From Candidatus Bathycorpusculum sp. (GTDB lineage: Archaea > Thermoproteota > Bathyarchaeia > Bathyarchaeales > Bathycorpusculaceae): 64,000 nucleotides of DNA. The stretch covers positions 3,526 to 67,525 of the forward strand of contig WQYG01000001.1 in the NCBI GenBank assembly GCA_009781395.1, written 5' to 3'. Below the pieces are notes generated by a model. It was not told where the DNA came from, made no database searches, and saw only the letters and a list, made by a program, of their open reading frames with translations. Below are positions 9,496-19,146 of the stretch, piece after piece (position 1 is the stretch's first letter; each line of letters opens with the position of its first letter). Made by a program: the position numbers and the translations under genes.

Positions 9496-12039
9496 TTGAA
9501 AATCTTTAAAAACAAATCTATACTTTCAACGATGGCAATACTGATGGTACTCTCTTTTGCAGTATCTATGCTGGCAATGCCAAATGCAAACGCACAAACA
9601 TACACGCCAACAAAGACTTATCCATTTGTTGACGCTGTTCCAATGATCGCTGGTGTCGGACAACCAGTTCTAATTAACTGGGGTTTACTAAACTTTATCG
9701 GCACAACTAACGATGGCTTTAACGCAACCGTAGTAATTACTCATCCTAACGGCAAAGTCGAAGAAATCACGGCAAAAACATGGTCTACTGGCTCAATCGG
9801 CAGAAAACTGTCCTTTTCAGAACCAGGAAACTATACATTACAATGTGTTTACAAAGAAGAAAATGCTACATTCCGTACATCAGCTACTGGAGCCTGGCAG
9901 TATCGACAATTTTTAGCAAGTGAAAGCGAAAACGTTACCTTACAAATAATTGAAGGCTATTGGAAGGCTGATTATCCAGGTCATTCACCCCCATCTGAGT
10001 ATTGGACTAGACCAGTTGATGCACAACTGCGTGAATGGTGGTCCATTATGGGCAGTTGGGTAGTTAAACCATTAAACTTGTATGCTCCTCATAATGCTGC
10101 ACCTGAAAGTGCACACGTTTTATGGAGTATGCCAATTGGCGATACAATGGGCGGTTTAGCTGGCGGAGACAACTGGGAGATACCTTTCCAAGGTGGAGAT
10201 GCTTATGAAGGTAAATTTGCAGACTCTGTCATCATTGCAGGTGTCTTATACTTTAACAGATATCCATCTACAATGTCTGGTGCTTCATACAAACAAACAG
10301 TTGTTGCAGTTGACTTACATACAGGCAAAGTGCTCTGGGAACAAGACTTTAACACAGGCCTTACTGGCACTTCTGTTACCAGTGGAAGAATTACACGCGG
10401 ACAAATACTTACATTCATCAACGAAAACAATCGTGGTGCATGGGCTTATCTTTGGTTTACTAACGGAACAACAATGCATGCAATTGATCCAATTACAGGT
10501 GTTCTCAGATACTCAATGACAGGCGTTCCAAGTGGGACTATCTACATTGGTCCAAGTGGTGAACTGCTAAAATACTCAGTTACTAACGTCGGAACAACGT
10601 CTGCTCCAAGTTATGTTGTGCGTCAATGGAACTCTACATACATTGTTATGCGTGGAGTAAACCTTGATGTCGGTGGTACAGGCGATGCTTGGGGTCCAAG
10701 AACTACTAACAGACAATCGTACAATGCAGCCTTTTACGATCAAGAAGTTGCAATACCTGGTATGACAATTGCGCCGGGAACATTAATTGCGGCATTTCCA
10801 GGCGACCGATTAGTCTATTCAACCACTGCTTCAGCAACCAATGGTATATTCCTTACAGGAATTAGCCTTGACCCAGAAAACTTTGGATTCATGCTCTTCA
10901 ATAGACGCGAGTTTAAAGCGCCTGACGAATGGGAAGGAATGACTCTAGGTGGTATTGGTCAAGCAGGTTGGGCAGCTGTTAGTCAAGAAGACTATAGAGC
11001 TGTTTTCTGGACAAAAGAAAACAGAGTAAACTATGTCTTTAACCTAGAAACAGGTAGACTTGCATGGCAATCAGAACCACAAATCTTTGCAGATGCATGG
11101 AGTGACACAGTTACCTCTTTCGGTCCAGAAAAAATCTTTGCATACGGTAAACTCTATGAAGCAAGCGTTGGCGGTATCGTATACTGTTATGATGCCAAAG
11201 ACGGTGAATTACTTTGGACATACGAAGCAACAGACAAATACAACGAATCCTACCACAGAGAAAATTGGTGGCTAGTTCCATTGTTCATCTCAGACGGCAA
11301 AATCTACCTTGGTCACATGGTACACTCACCACAAGTGCCCATTTCAAGAGGTGCACCGTTCCTTGCACTAGATGCAGAAACTGGTGAAATTGTTTGGGAG
11401 ATTAACGGAGCGTTCCGTCAGACTCGTTGGGGTGGACGCGCAATTATAGGCGATAGCATCATTGCAACATATGACTACTATGACCAGCAAATCTATGCAA
11501 TCGGCAAAGGTCCAAGCGAACTAACAGTTTCAGCACCTAATATTGCTGTTACAGCAGACACAACCGCTTTGATCACTGGAACAGTCATGGACGTTTCACC
11601 AGGTACACAAAGTGATAATCTACGACTCCGATTCCCTAATGGTGTTCCAGCAGTCGGCGATGAAAGCCAAAGCGAATGGATGCTCTACCTATACAAACAA
11701 TTCAGCGCACCAATGGACGTAACAGGCATTGAAATCACAGTGTACGCATATGACGGCGAGAACGTAATACCTATTGGCACAACAGAAAGTGATGCACGCG
11801 GTCAATACGCAATAACATGGAAACCAGACCGAGAAGGTACATATGAAATCTGGGCATACTTTGAAGGCACAGCATCATTCTACGGCAACGACGCAAAAAC
11901 CACAATGGCAGTATCAGCAGCACCAGAGGTAGTAGAACCAGAACCAACACCACCATACGAATGGTACATCGTTGGCATGGGCATTGCAATCATTGCAGTA
12001 GTCCTCATAATTGGTCTGTTGATTCTCAAAAAGAAATAA
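9496..12039 (+). CDS. Secreted, C-terminally anchored PQQ-like beta-propeller surface protein (paralogue 1)
   Basis: Signal peptide ending ANA-Q; repeats VAVDLHTGKVLW, YCYDAKDGELLW, ALDAETGEIVW; Pro-rich linker, TM helix, KKK tail. Confidence 0.85.
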   Translation: MKIFKNKSILSTMAILMVLSFAVSMLAMPNANAQTYTPTKTYPFVDAVPMIAGVGQPVLINWGLLNFIGTTNDGFNATVVITHPNGKVEEITAKTWSTGSIGRKLSFSEPGNYTLQCVYKEENATFRTSATGAWQYRQFLASESENVTLQIIEGYWKADYPGHSPPSEYWTRPVDAQLREWWSIMGSWVVKPLNLYAPHNAAPESAHVLWSMPIGDTMGGLAGGDNWEIPFQGGDAYEGKFADSVIIAGVLYFNRYPSTMSGASYKQTVVAVDLHTGKVLWEQDFNTGLTGTSVTSGRITRGQILTFINENNRGAWAYLWFTNGTTMHAIDPITGVLRYSMTGVPSGTIYIGPSGELLKYSVTNVGTTSAPSYVVRQWNSTYIVMRGVNLDVGGTGDAWGPRTTNRQSYNAAFYDQEVAIPGMTIAPGTLIAAFPGDRLVYSTTASATNGIFLTGISLDPENFGFMLFNRREFKAPDEWEGMTLGGIGQAGWAAVSQEDYRAVFWTKENRVNYVFNLETGRLAWQSEPQIFADAWSDTVTSFGPEKIFAYGKLYEASVGGIVYCYDAKDGELLWTYEATDKYNESYHRENWWLVPLFISDGKIYLGHMVHSPQVPISRGAPFLALDAETGEIVWEINGAFRQTRWGGRAIIGDSIIATYDYYDQQIYAIGKGPSELTVSAPNIAVTADTTALITGTVMDVSPGTQSDNLRLRFPNGVPAVGDESQSEWMLYLYKQFSAPMDVTGIEITVYAYDGENVIPIGTTESDARGQYAITWKPDREGTYEIWAYFEGTASFYGNDAKTTMAVSAAPEVVEPEPTPPYEWYIVGMGIAIIAVVLIIGLLILKKK

Positions 12040-12069
12040 ACAACCAACAACAAAACCAAAAACAAACCC

Positions 12070-12087
12070 TTTTTTCTTTTTTTGTTT
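12070..12087 (+). terminator. Oligo-T archaeal terminator
   Basis: TTTTTTCTTTTTTTGTTT 30 nt after the stop codon. Confidence 0.55.
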
Positions 12088-12309
12088 AATCTTAAGTATT
12101 CGTTATTTTAAGAGATTCCGTCGCATTTCTTGTTGTCTTAACCAAGCACCCTGACTAATCATAATGATTTAGGTGGTCTTTTGTCAGTTTGTATTAGGGT
12201 GAAGGGCGTAAGTGTGGGGTGGGTATTGGTTGTGTTATTTGTTCATATTGTTTTTTAGAAGGAAATGGTTTAATACTGGTGCAAAGAGATATGTGGGTTG
12301 TTGGTATGT

Positions 12310-12387
12310 GGGCCGGTCGTCTAGCCTGGTTAGGACATCTGCTTGACGTGCAGAAGGTCGCCGGTCCGAATCCGGTTCGGCCCACCA
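12310..12387 (+). tRNA. tRNA-Val(GAC), CCA encoded, atypical T loop (TCCGAAT)
   Basis: Acceptor GGGCCGG/TCGGCCC, anticodon arm TCTGC-TTGACGT-GCAGA. Confidence 0.92.
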
Positions 12388-12396
12388 TTATTCTAT

Positions 12397-12792
12397 TTAT
12401 GTTGTGTTTATGATTGCGATTTTTATTTGGGTTATTTGTTCGTTTTGGCGTAGGTTGTCTATGAATTTTTTTATGAGTTTGCCTTGTCCTCTTAGGATTA
12501 TTACTTCTAGGCAGTATCCTTGGTGTATGTGGGTGTGTAGGAAGGTTGTGACTAGTCCGCTGTGTAGGTGTTGGGTTTCGAGTAGGCGTTGTCTGTTTGC
12601 GTTTTCTTTGTAGATGAGTGTTGCTGTGGCGGTTGTTTCGTTGTTTATGTTTTCTATGTTTGGGTCTTCGGTTAGGTAGTGTCTTAGGGCTTGGCGGGTG
12701 ATTTCGGATCTGCTGGCGTAGCCTTTTTCTTTTATGGTTTGGTCGATTTGGGTTACTAGTTTGTCGGGGATGGATAGGCTTATTATTGTCAT
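12397..12792 (-). CDS. NikR-family ribbon-helix-helix metalloregulator
   Basis: IISLSIP...GYASRSEITRQALR RHH domain; QH...HTH...CLE metal ligands as in NikR. Confidence 0.85.
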   Translation of the reverse strand: MTIISLSIPDKLVTQIDQTIKEKGYASRSEITRQALRHYLTEDPNIENINNETTATATLIYKENANRQRLLETQHLHSGLVTTFLHTHIHQGYCLEVIILRGQGKLIKKFIDNLRQNEQITQIKIAIINTT

Positions 12793-12866
12793 GTTTTTTC
12801 TGATTGTTAATATGTGTTTGTCTTGTTAATAAATTTTAATATGTTTTAGGTTTAACGGCCTAATTG

Positions 12867-12894
12867 TTATTAATAAATTAAATAACTTTAATAA
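12867..12894. promoter_or_regulatory. Candidate NikR-type operator TTATTA-N16-TAATAA
   Basis: Inverted hexamers 16 bp apart in the divergent intergenic region; AT-rich context lowers significance. Confidence 0.35.
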
Positions 12895-12915
12895 TGTTGG
12901 TGTGTTAAAACATCC

Positions 12916-13911
12916 ATGAATAGAACTCAAAAAATCTTCCTAACAAGTCTCACCCTAATTACCCTAATCGCCCTAGTTGTTTTCATGGCATACACAGTAA
13001 CAGATACTCAAAGCGTATCATCAAATGATAAATTAAACATAGTTACTACCATTTACCCTTTAACTTATTTAACGCAACAAATAGGTGGTGACTATGTGAA
13101 AGTGACTCAGCTCATACCTAACAATGTTGAAATTCACAGTTGGGAACCCTCCGTTTCACACATAATGGCAGCCGAAGATGCAAACATTATCTTTTATAAC
13201 GGCGCAGATGCTGATCACTGGTTGGAAGAAGACATTTTACCTGCCTTATCAACCTCAAACAATAACCGAATTATTATTGAAACAACCGCCAACTTACCCC
13301 TTATCCCAATCACCGAACCGCATGAGCATAATGGAGACAACCACTCTGCCCATGATCACGGTTTGTATGACCCACACACTTGGTTAAGTCCCTACATGGC
13401 AAAACAACAAGCAAAAAACATTTACGATACCCTAATCAGAGTTGACCCTCAGCATGAAAAATATTACACACAAAACTGGCACAAACTAGAGCAACAACTT
13501 GAACAATTAGACAACCTCTACCTAAACAGTCTTACCAACAATAACCCAAACAAAAAGGTCATCTTTGTTTCCCATGAAGCATACGGATACTTGGCAGACC
13601 GATATGACTTCACACAACATGGCGCAATTGGCCTTTCCGCAGATCAACAACCCAGCATCACAAGTCTAAGCAAACTGATTAACGAAATGAAAGAATACCA
13701 AACCTACACCATATACTTTGACCCTGTCTACTCAGACAAATACATACAAACCATAAAAAACGATGTCCAAACCCAAACAGGACAAACCGTCACCATACTA
13801 AAACTATACCTACTTCTAGGCCCCATAGACAACTTGGATTACTTGGAACAAATGCAAACAAATCTTGTCAATTTACAAACAAGTTTAGAAACACCCAACA
13901 AAAATAAATAA
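12916..13911 (+). CDS. znuA: Zn/Mn ABC transporter substrate-binding protein (ZnuA/TroA family)
   Basis: EIHSWEP, His-rich loop HEHNGDNHSAHDHG, DPHTWLSP, SHEAYGY. Confidence 0.9.
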   Translation: MNRTQKIFLTSLTLITLIALVVFMAYTVTDTQSVSSNDKLNIVTTIYPLTYLTQQIGGDYVKVTQLIPNNVEIHSWEPSVSHIMAAEDANIIFYNGADADHWLEEDILPALSTSNNNRIIIETTANLPLIPITEPHEHNGDNHSAHDHGLYDPHTWLSPYMAKQQAKNIYDTLIRVDPQHEKYYTQNWHKLEQQLEQLDNLYLNSLTNNNPNKKVIFVSHEAYGYLADRYDFTQHGAIGLSADQQPSITSLSKLINEMKEYQTYTIYFDPVYSDKYIQTIKNDVQTQTGQTVTILKLYLLLGPIDNLDYLEQMQTNLVNLQTSLETPNKNK

Positions 13912-13938
13912 TAATCAACACACCACGATGAAAATAGT

Positions 13939-14730
13939 ATGACGACGCAAAATAATCCTGTTTTGGAGATAAAAAACCTCAAAATAACTCGTAACGATGA
14001 AACCATAATTGAAGATGCAACGTTTACAATTAACAAAGGCGACTATGTCGGCATAGTTGGACCCAACGGAGGCGGAAAAACCACCCTTCTAAGAGCCATC
14101 CTCAACTTTTTACCCTACACCCAAGGCTCCATACAATTATTTGGCCTAGATTCAACTAAATTTTCAGCATGGCAAAAAATCGCATACATCTCCCAACAAG
14201 CCACAAACTTTGAAGACCAATTCCCCTTAACTGTACGCGAACTGGTCTCTTTAGGCTGCGTAACAAAAGGCCATTTAGGCAGAAAATTTACCCCTAAAGA
14301 CTGGAAAAACGTAGATGATACCATTGAATTTATGGGATTAAGCGATGTGGCCAACCGACGAATAGGACAACTATCCGGCGGACAAAAACAACGCATGTTT
14401 GTCGCAAAAGCCTTAACCCATAAACCCGAATTAATCCTACTTGACGAACCCATAGTAGGCGTAGACTCAAATGCACAAGAAAAATTTTACAAAAAACTAA
14501 GCGACCTAAACCTTAAACACCAAACAACCATACTAATTGTCACCCACGACTTAACCTCCGTATTCTGCCGTATGTCAAAAATATTATGCATCAACAAAAA
14601 CATCGAACTCGCAAACATCACCCAAGACTTAAACCCAAACCAACTCCTCAAACGAGCCTACGGCGAACATTTCCATTTTGTATTCCACCAACACAACTGC
14701 AAAGGAGCATTCACCCCAAATGAGCCTTAA
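13939..14730 (+). CDS. znuC: Zn/Mn ABC transporter ATPase
   Basis: GPNGGGKTT, LSGGQKQR, ILLDEP, THD. Confidence 0.92.
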   Translation: MTTQNNPVLEIKNLKITRNDETIIEDATFTINKGDYVGIVGPNGGGKTTLLRAILNFLPYTQGSIQLFGLDSTKFSAWQKIAYISQQATNFEDQFPLTVRELVSLGCVTKGHLGRKFTPKDWKNVDDTIEFMGLSDVANRRIGQLSGGQKQRMFVAKALTHKPELILLDEPIVGVDSNAQEKFYKKLSDLNLKHQTTILIVTHDLTSVFCRMSKILCINKNIELANITQDLNPNQLLKRAYGEHFHFVFHQHNCKGAFTPNEP

Positions 14731-15532
14731 CATGCTTCACCTCTTTGAATACCAATTCTTCCAAAACGCCCTCCTAGGCGGCATAATCGTTGCAATAGTC
14801 TGCGGCTTAGTAGGCCTCTTTCTAATCCTTAAAAAAGAAGCCATGATAGGCGATGGCCTCTCACACACAGCCTTTGGCGGCATAGCCATAGGCCTCCTAC
14901 TGGGAATAAACCCTCTAATAACAGCCCTACTTACCTCCATTTTAGCCGTCTTTACAATATCCTATATGAGACGAAAAAAAATCGCCACCTCCGACTCCGC
15001 AGTAGCCATAATGCTAGCCCTTGGCTTCTCAACAGGACTAATCATCGTAAGCATAGCTGGAGGCTTCAACATTGAACTATTCAACTACCTATTCGGATCC
15101 ATACTAACCATAACCCTCTCAGACCTACTTCTAGTATCAGCCCTAAGCACCATTGTCCTAACATTCATCGGATTTTACCGACGAGAACTCCTCTCAATGA
15201 TATTTGACGAAGAAGACTCAAAAATAAGAGGCATACCCACAAACCGCCTAACAATAATCTTTGACCTCCTCACCGCCATCACAATTGTACTCTCCATCAA
15301 AGTAATCGGCACCATCCTCGTAGTAGCCCTCCTAGTAATCCCCGGACTATGCGCCCTAAAACTAAACCTATCCTTCAAAAAAACCCTACTCACAACAATA
15401 CTCTTCAGCACAATAAGCACCACCACAGGCATAATGGTCTCAGCAATATTTAACATAGTCACCGCAGGCATCATCGTACTAGTACTAGTCACATTCTTCA
15501 TAATCACCCTCATATACAAAAAACTCGAATAA
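14720..15532 (+). CDS. znuB: Zn/Mn ABC transporter permease
   Basis: IGDGLSHTAFGG, YLFGSIL, KVIGTILV. Confidence 0.92.
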   Translation: MSLNMLHLFEYQFFQNALLGGIIVAIVCGLVGLFLILKKEAMIGDGLSHTAFGGIAIGLLLGINPLITALLTSILAVFTISYMRRKKIATSDSAVAIMLALGFSTGLIIVSIAGGFNIELFNYLFGSILTITLSDLLLVSALSTIVLTFIGFYRRELLSMIFDEEDSKIRGIPTNRLTIIFDLLTAITIVLSIKVIGTILVVALLVIPGLCALKLNLSFKKTLLTTILFSTISTTTGIMVSAIFNIVTAGIIVLVLVTFFIITLIYKKLE

Positions 15533-15546
15533 ACACTATGCACGGG

Positions 15547-15562
15547 TGATGCTTTTGTATAC
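15547..15562 (-). repeat. 16-bp dispersed motif GTATACAAAAGCATCA, copy 1
   Basis: Exact match (TGATGCTTTTGTATAC on the + strand). Confidence 0.85.
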
Positions 15563-15752
15563 CACACAACACCCAAATACTCCACAACAAAACTTGCAAC
15601 AACACATTTTTTACATTGCACAACCTATAATGTACAAGCCCTTCAAAGTGTACATAAAAATATGTAACACATCTTCAACAGAACAAAAATTAAATACATT
15701 TGCCAACGAAACTAAAAGGATAAATGCCGAAAACAAAAACAAAGTGGAGTAA

Positions 15753-16726
15753 ATGGCTATGACATTTGATGATTCTGAAATCGTCATCTACCAGACTGAA
15801 GATGGTCACACAAAAATCGATGTTCACATAGAGAAAGAAACTGTTTGGCTAACACAAGCATAAATGGCTAAACTTTTCCAAACAACAAAACAAAACATAA
15901 GCCTCCACATAAACAACGCCCTCAAAGAAGGTGAAATAGACTTACTTCAGTTGTCAAGGAATACTTGACAGCTCAAAGTATTACAATCTTGATGTGATTA
16001 TTTCGGTTGGTTATCGTGTGAAGTCGCTTCGGGGTACGTAGTTTAGGGGTGGGCTTTGGGCGTTTTGTGTGAGTATCTTGTTAAGGGTTTTTCGATGATG
16101 ATGATTTGCTGAAGAAGGCGGGTGGGGGGTAATTATTGGCTGGAACTTCGTTCTAGTGAGAAGGTTTTTTTATCGGTAGGTGCTTGATCTTTATGCTACA
16201 AGTGTGGACTATGATCCGCGAACGTCGGAGTCTTTAGAGTTTTTTAAAATTGTGCAAAATAAGCTTCATTTTGCAGCACATGGCCATACTGCTGGTGAAA
16301 TCATTGCTAAACGTGCTAATGCTGAGTTGCCTTTTATGGGTTTAACGGTTTTTTTGGGTGAGCAACCCGTAAGAGGTGAGGTGGGTATTGCAAAGAATTA
16401 CTTGTCTGAAGTGGAGCTTGCTATGTTGAATCGTATGGTTTCTGCGTTTTTTGATCTTGCTGAATTGCGGGCGATGCAGCATCAACCGATGTATATGCGC
16501 GATTGGGTATAGTAGAATTGGACGATTTTGCTAAGCGCTATGGTAAAGGTGTTTTTTTAAATGCAGGGGTGGTTAGTCATCAAGTGGCTCTTGAAAAGGC
16601 AATGCTTAGTATGAAAAGTATCGTCAAAAAACTTTAGGTGAGCTATCATTTGTTGAGCGTGATTTTCTTGCAAACATAAAAGATGCGCAAAAGAAACTGG
16701 GAGTAAAGGATAAGCGTTCAAAATAG
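15753..16726 (+). pseudogene. Second RhuM-family gene, decayed
   Basis: WLTQA*MA, KYYNLDVIISVGYRVKS, VQNKLHFAAHGHTAGE; stops at 15861, 16039 and 16177, plus frameshifts and deletions. Confidence 0.9.
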
Positions 16727-16864
16727 TTCACAAAAGATGGTTGTGGAGTGTTTATCTGAAATTTAAAATCTGCTCACTCCACGTTTTGTTCTGTTAAATT
16801 TGTTTTTTAGAAAAGTATATATTATGCAAAAAAAAAAAAATAATCTGTGGAGATGATGATAAAT

Positions 16865-18166
16865 ATGAGAAAAATCTTACTCTCTATAGTAGTTGTATTC
16901 TTTATAAGCGGTCTATTTATAGCGGTATTTAGTTCGGGTTTAGTTTTAGCAGAGTCAGTTGGGGATTCTTGGAATTCAAAATCTTCAATGCCGCAGGCTA
17001 GGGGTGGTTTGGGTGTTGTGGTGGTGGGTGATAAGATTTATGCTGTTGGTGGTAAAACTGTTGAGGGGTTTGTTGGGTCTAATGAGCGGTATGATCCTAA
17101 GCTTGATACGTGGGTGACTTTGGAGTCTATGCCTACTGCAAGGGCGTATTTTGCTATAGCTTCCTATCAGAATAAGATTTATTGTGTAGGGGGTCTTAAC
17201 GCTGCTGGGATCTCGTCGGTAACTGAAGTTTATGATACGGCCTCAGGTAGTTGGAGCACTAAGGCTTCTTTGCCTGTTAAGGGAAAAAATTTACAGGGAC
17301 ACGTAGTGGATGGGAAAATTTTTGTTATAGAGGGCTACAATTTGTTTATGTATGAACCAAACACTGATGTGTGGACTAAAAAAACTAGCATACCTGCTAA
17401 CTCTTTGGCTGGTTCCGTCTATGTTGCATCGGCTGTTATAGATAGCGATATAGTGGTTACAAGTAAAACAAAAGTTATGATATATGATGCCAACACTGAC
17501 ACGTGGCGTGAAGGCACTAAGCCTCCATCTGAAATTAGCCAAGGAGTTAGTGGCGCAACAACTGGTGTTTGTGCACCTAAAAGAATCTATACCATAGGAG
17601 CAATCACTACAAAAGAGGAGTGGTGGCAGCACGGATATAACTCTCAGGGTTCTGAGCGGGAGGGGCAGATTTCGCCGGGTTATGTGACTTCTATAGTGCC
17701 TGTTGTGATGGTTTATGATCCTGTAAAGGGCACTTGGTCAAATGTTAATATGGGTATGAATCGTGTAGATTTTGGGGTAGCCGTTATTGATGATATCTTG
17801 TATGTGATTGGAGGTTACATGATATTAATTGGAGAAACTAGTGTAACTGTGGACGTGAATGAATTTGTGGCAGGTGTTACTTATTGGGGGGAATATAGGG
17901 TGGTGTCTAAACAGTTTGTTGCGCCGGAGTCGGTTGTTGGTGAACCTTGTTCTTGGAATTGGCAGTATGTACCAGTTGGCTACAAGGTTACAACAGCGGG
18001 TAATGTTGTATCTCCATCAAACCACTCACCCGGTGAGTCGGCAGGGGTTGAGCTTTCTTTAACTGCACCTATTATAGCAGGTTTAGTGTTAATAGTTGGT
18101 ATTGCTACAACAGGATTATTTTTCTATTTCCGAAAAAACACCTTAAAAAATGGAACATCTGCCTAA
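16865..18166 (+). CDS. Secreted kelch-repeat beta-propeller with C-terminal TM anchor (kelch 1)
   Basis: KIYAVGG...ERYDPKLDTW, KIYCVGG, ILYVIGG repeats; signal peptide; TM helix plus basic tail. Confidence 0.88.
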   Translation: MRKILLSIVVVFFISGLFIAVFSSGLVLAESVGDSWNSKSSMPQARGGLGVVVVGDKIYAVGGKTVEGFVGSNERYDPKLDTWVTLESMPTARAYFAIASYQNKIYCVGGLNAAGISSVTEVYDTASGSWSTKASLPVKGKNLQGHVVDGKIFVIEGYNLFMYEPNTDVWTKKTSIPANSLAGSVYVASAVIDSDIVVTSKTKVMIYDANTDTWREGTKPPSEISQGVSGATTGVCAPKRIYTIGAITTKEEWWQHGYNSQGSEREGQISPGYVTSIVPVVMVYDPVKGTWSNVNMGMNRVDFGVAVIDDILYVIGGYMILIGETSVTVDVNEFVAGVTYWGEYRVVSKQFVAPESVVGEPCSWNWQYVPVGYKVTTAGNVVSPSNHSPGESAGVELSLTAPIIAGLVLIVGIATTGLFFYFRKNTLKNGTSA

Positions 18167-18176
18167 AACACTAATG

Positions 18177-18233
18177 ACCTATCTTTAGATAGGTTTGCTT
18201 CGAAAGGTGTTATCGCCCAAGAAATGGGTGATA
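18177..18233. terminator. Two hairpins between convergent genes
   Basis: ACCTATCT-TT-AGATAGGT and TATCGCCCA-N5-TGGGTGATA. Confidence 0.45.
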
Positions 18234-18248
18234 GGGTGGGAAAGGTGT

Positions 18249-18527
18249 TTATTTTTTTCTTTCTGTAATTATGGCTCTGCATTTATCTGCATATTGGCAG
18301 TATGATAGGCAGGCTGCGTTTTCGTCGGGGCGTTTCCATTCAGCTCCACAACTGGTGCATGTTGTTTGATCTTCATCGCTCCATACTTCAAGCTCGGTAC
18401 CGCAAACATGGCAGTTAGTATAGGAGGGTTTTGGTTGTAAAAAATCTTTCAAACCTGGACAAGTTTCCGGATTTTTTTGAAGTTTATCATCGGAATTACC
18501 ATTTAAGCTCAATGCTTTCACCTCCAA
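18249..18527 (-). CDS. Small Cys-rich zinc-ribbon protein
   Basis: CPG, CHVC, CTSC, CLSYCQYADKC; start codon uncertain. Confidence 0.7.
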   Translation of the reverse strand: MEVKALSLNGNSDDKLQKNPETCPGLKDFLQPKPSYTNCHVCGTELEVWSDEDQTTCTSCGAEWKRPDENAACLSYCQYADKCRAIITERKK

Positions 18528-19146
18528 CCTTTACTTCAATTTCTCGAGTTAACACAGCTTTACCGCAATTTTCTAATGCCTTATTTACTACCCATTTTAA
18601 ACCTGTACAACAGGGCACTTCCATGTGAATTACCGTGATGCTAACTATATTGTTTAGTTTTACGATTTCTGACAATTTTGCAGCATATGCTTGGGCATCA
18701 TTAAATTTAGGACACCCTATGATTATCTGCTTTCCACTTGTTAGGGTGTGAAAATTTTTAAGCACCACAGGTGCACAATCAGCAACAAATAAAATGTTTG
18801 CATTTTCAAAAAACAGTGCTTTAGACGATATAAGATCTATTTTTATAGGCCATTGAACCTTGTTCTGCAAAGTTTCATTGGATCTTGGTTGAGGAACAGC
18901 GGTTTGGTTATTTACTATGTATTTATGTACCTCTTTTTGATCAAACGCCTCAGCTTCACGTTCAATTATAGTGATTGCCCCTTGAGGACAATGCCCTAAA
19001 CAAGCCCCAAGTCCGTCACAATAAATATCTTTAACAATTTTTGCTTTTCCATCAACAATTTGTAACGCCTGCTCTACACAACTTGGAACACATTGCCCAC
19101 AACCGTTACATAAATGTTCATTTATATGTACAATTTTTCTCTTTAT
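18496..19146 (-). CDS. 2x[4Fe-4S] ferredoxin-domain protein with a non-canonical ATA start (or 5'-damaged pseudogene)
   Basis: The frame upstream of the listed ORF reads IKRKIVHINEHLCNGCGQCVPSC...CDGLGACLGHCPQ; ATA is preceded by GGAGG; paralogue of 39777-40493. Confidence 0.8.
   Translation of the reverse strand: MKRKIVHINEHLCNGCGQCVPSCVEQALQIVDGKAKIVKDIYCDGLGACLGHCPQGAITIIEREAEAFDQKEVHKYIVNNQTAVPQPRSNETLQNKVQWPIKIDLISSKALFFENANILFVADCAPVVLKNFHTLTSGKQIIIGCPKFNDAQAYAAKLSEIVKLNNIVSITVIHMEVPCCTGLKWVVNKALENCGKAVLTREIEVKVGGESIELKW

Noticed and set aside
12140-12190. GTGGTCTTTTGTCAG resembling the reverse complement of the 55.6/58.9-kb hairpin arm
   Set aside because: Partial match only; the second arm and flanking motif are missing.
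15861-16179. In-frame TAG/TAA codons in the second RhuM as possible pyrrolysine or readthrough recoding
   Set aside because: They are accompanied by frameshifts and deletions, so ordinary pseudogene decay explains them.
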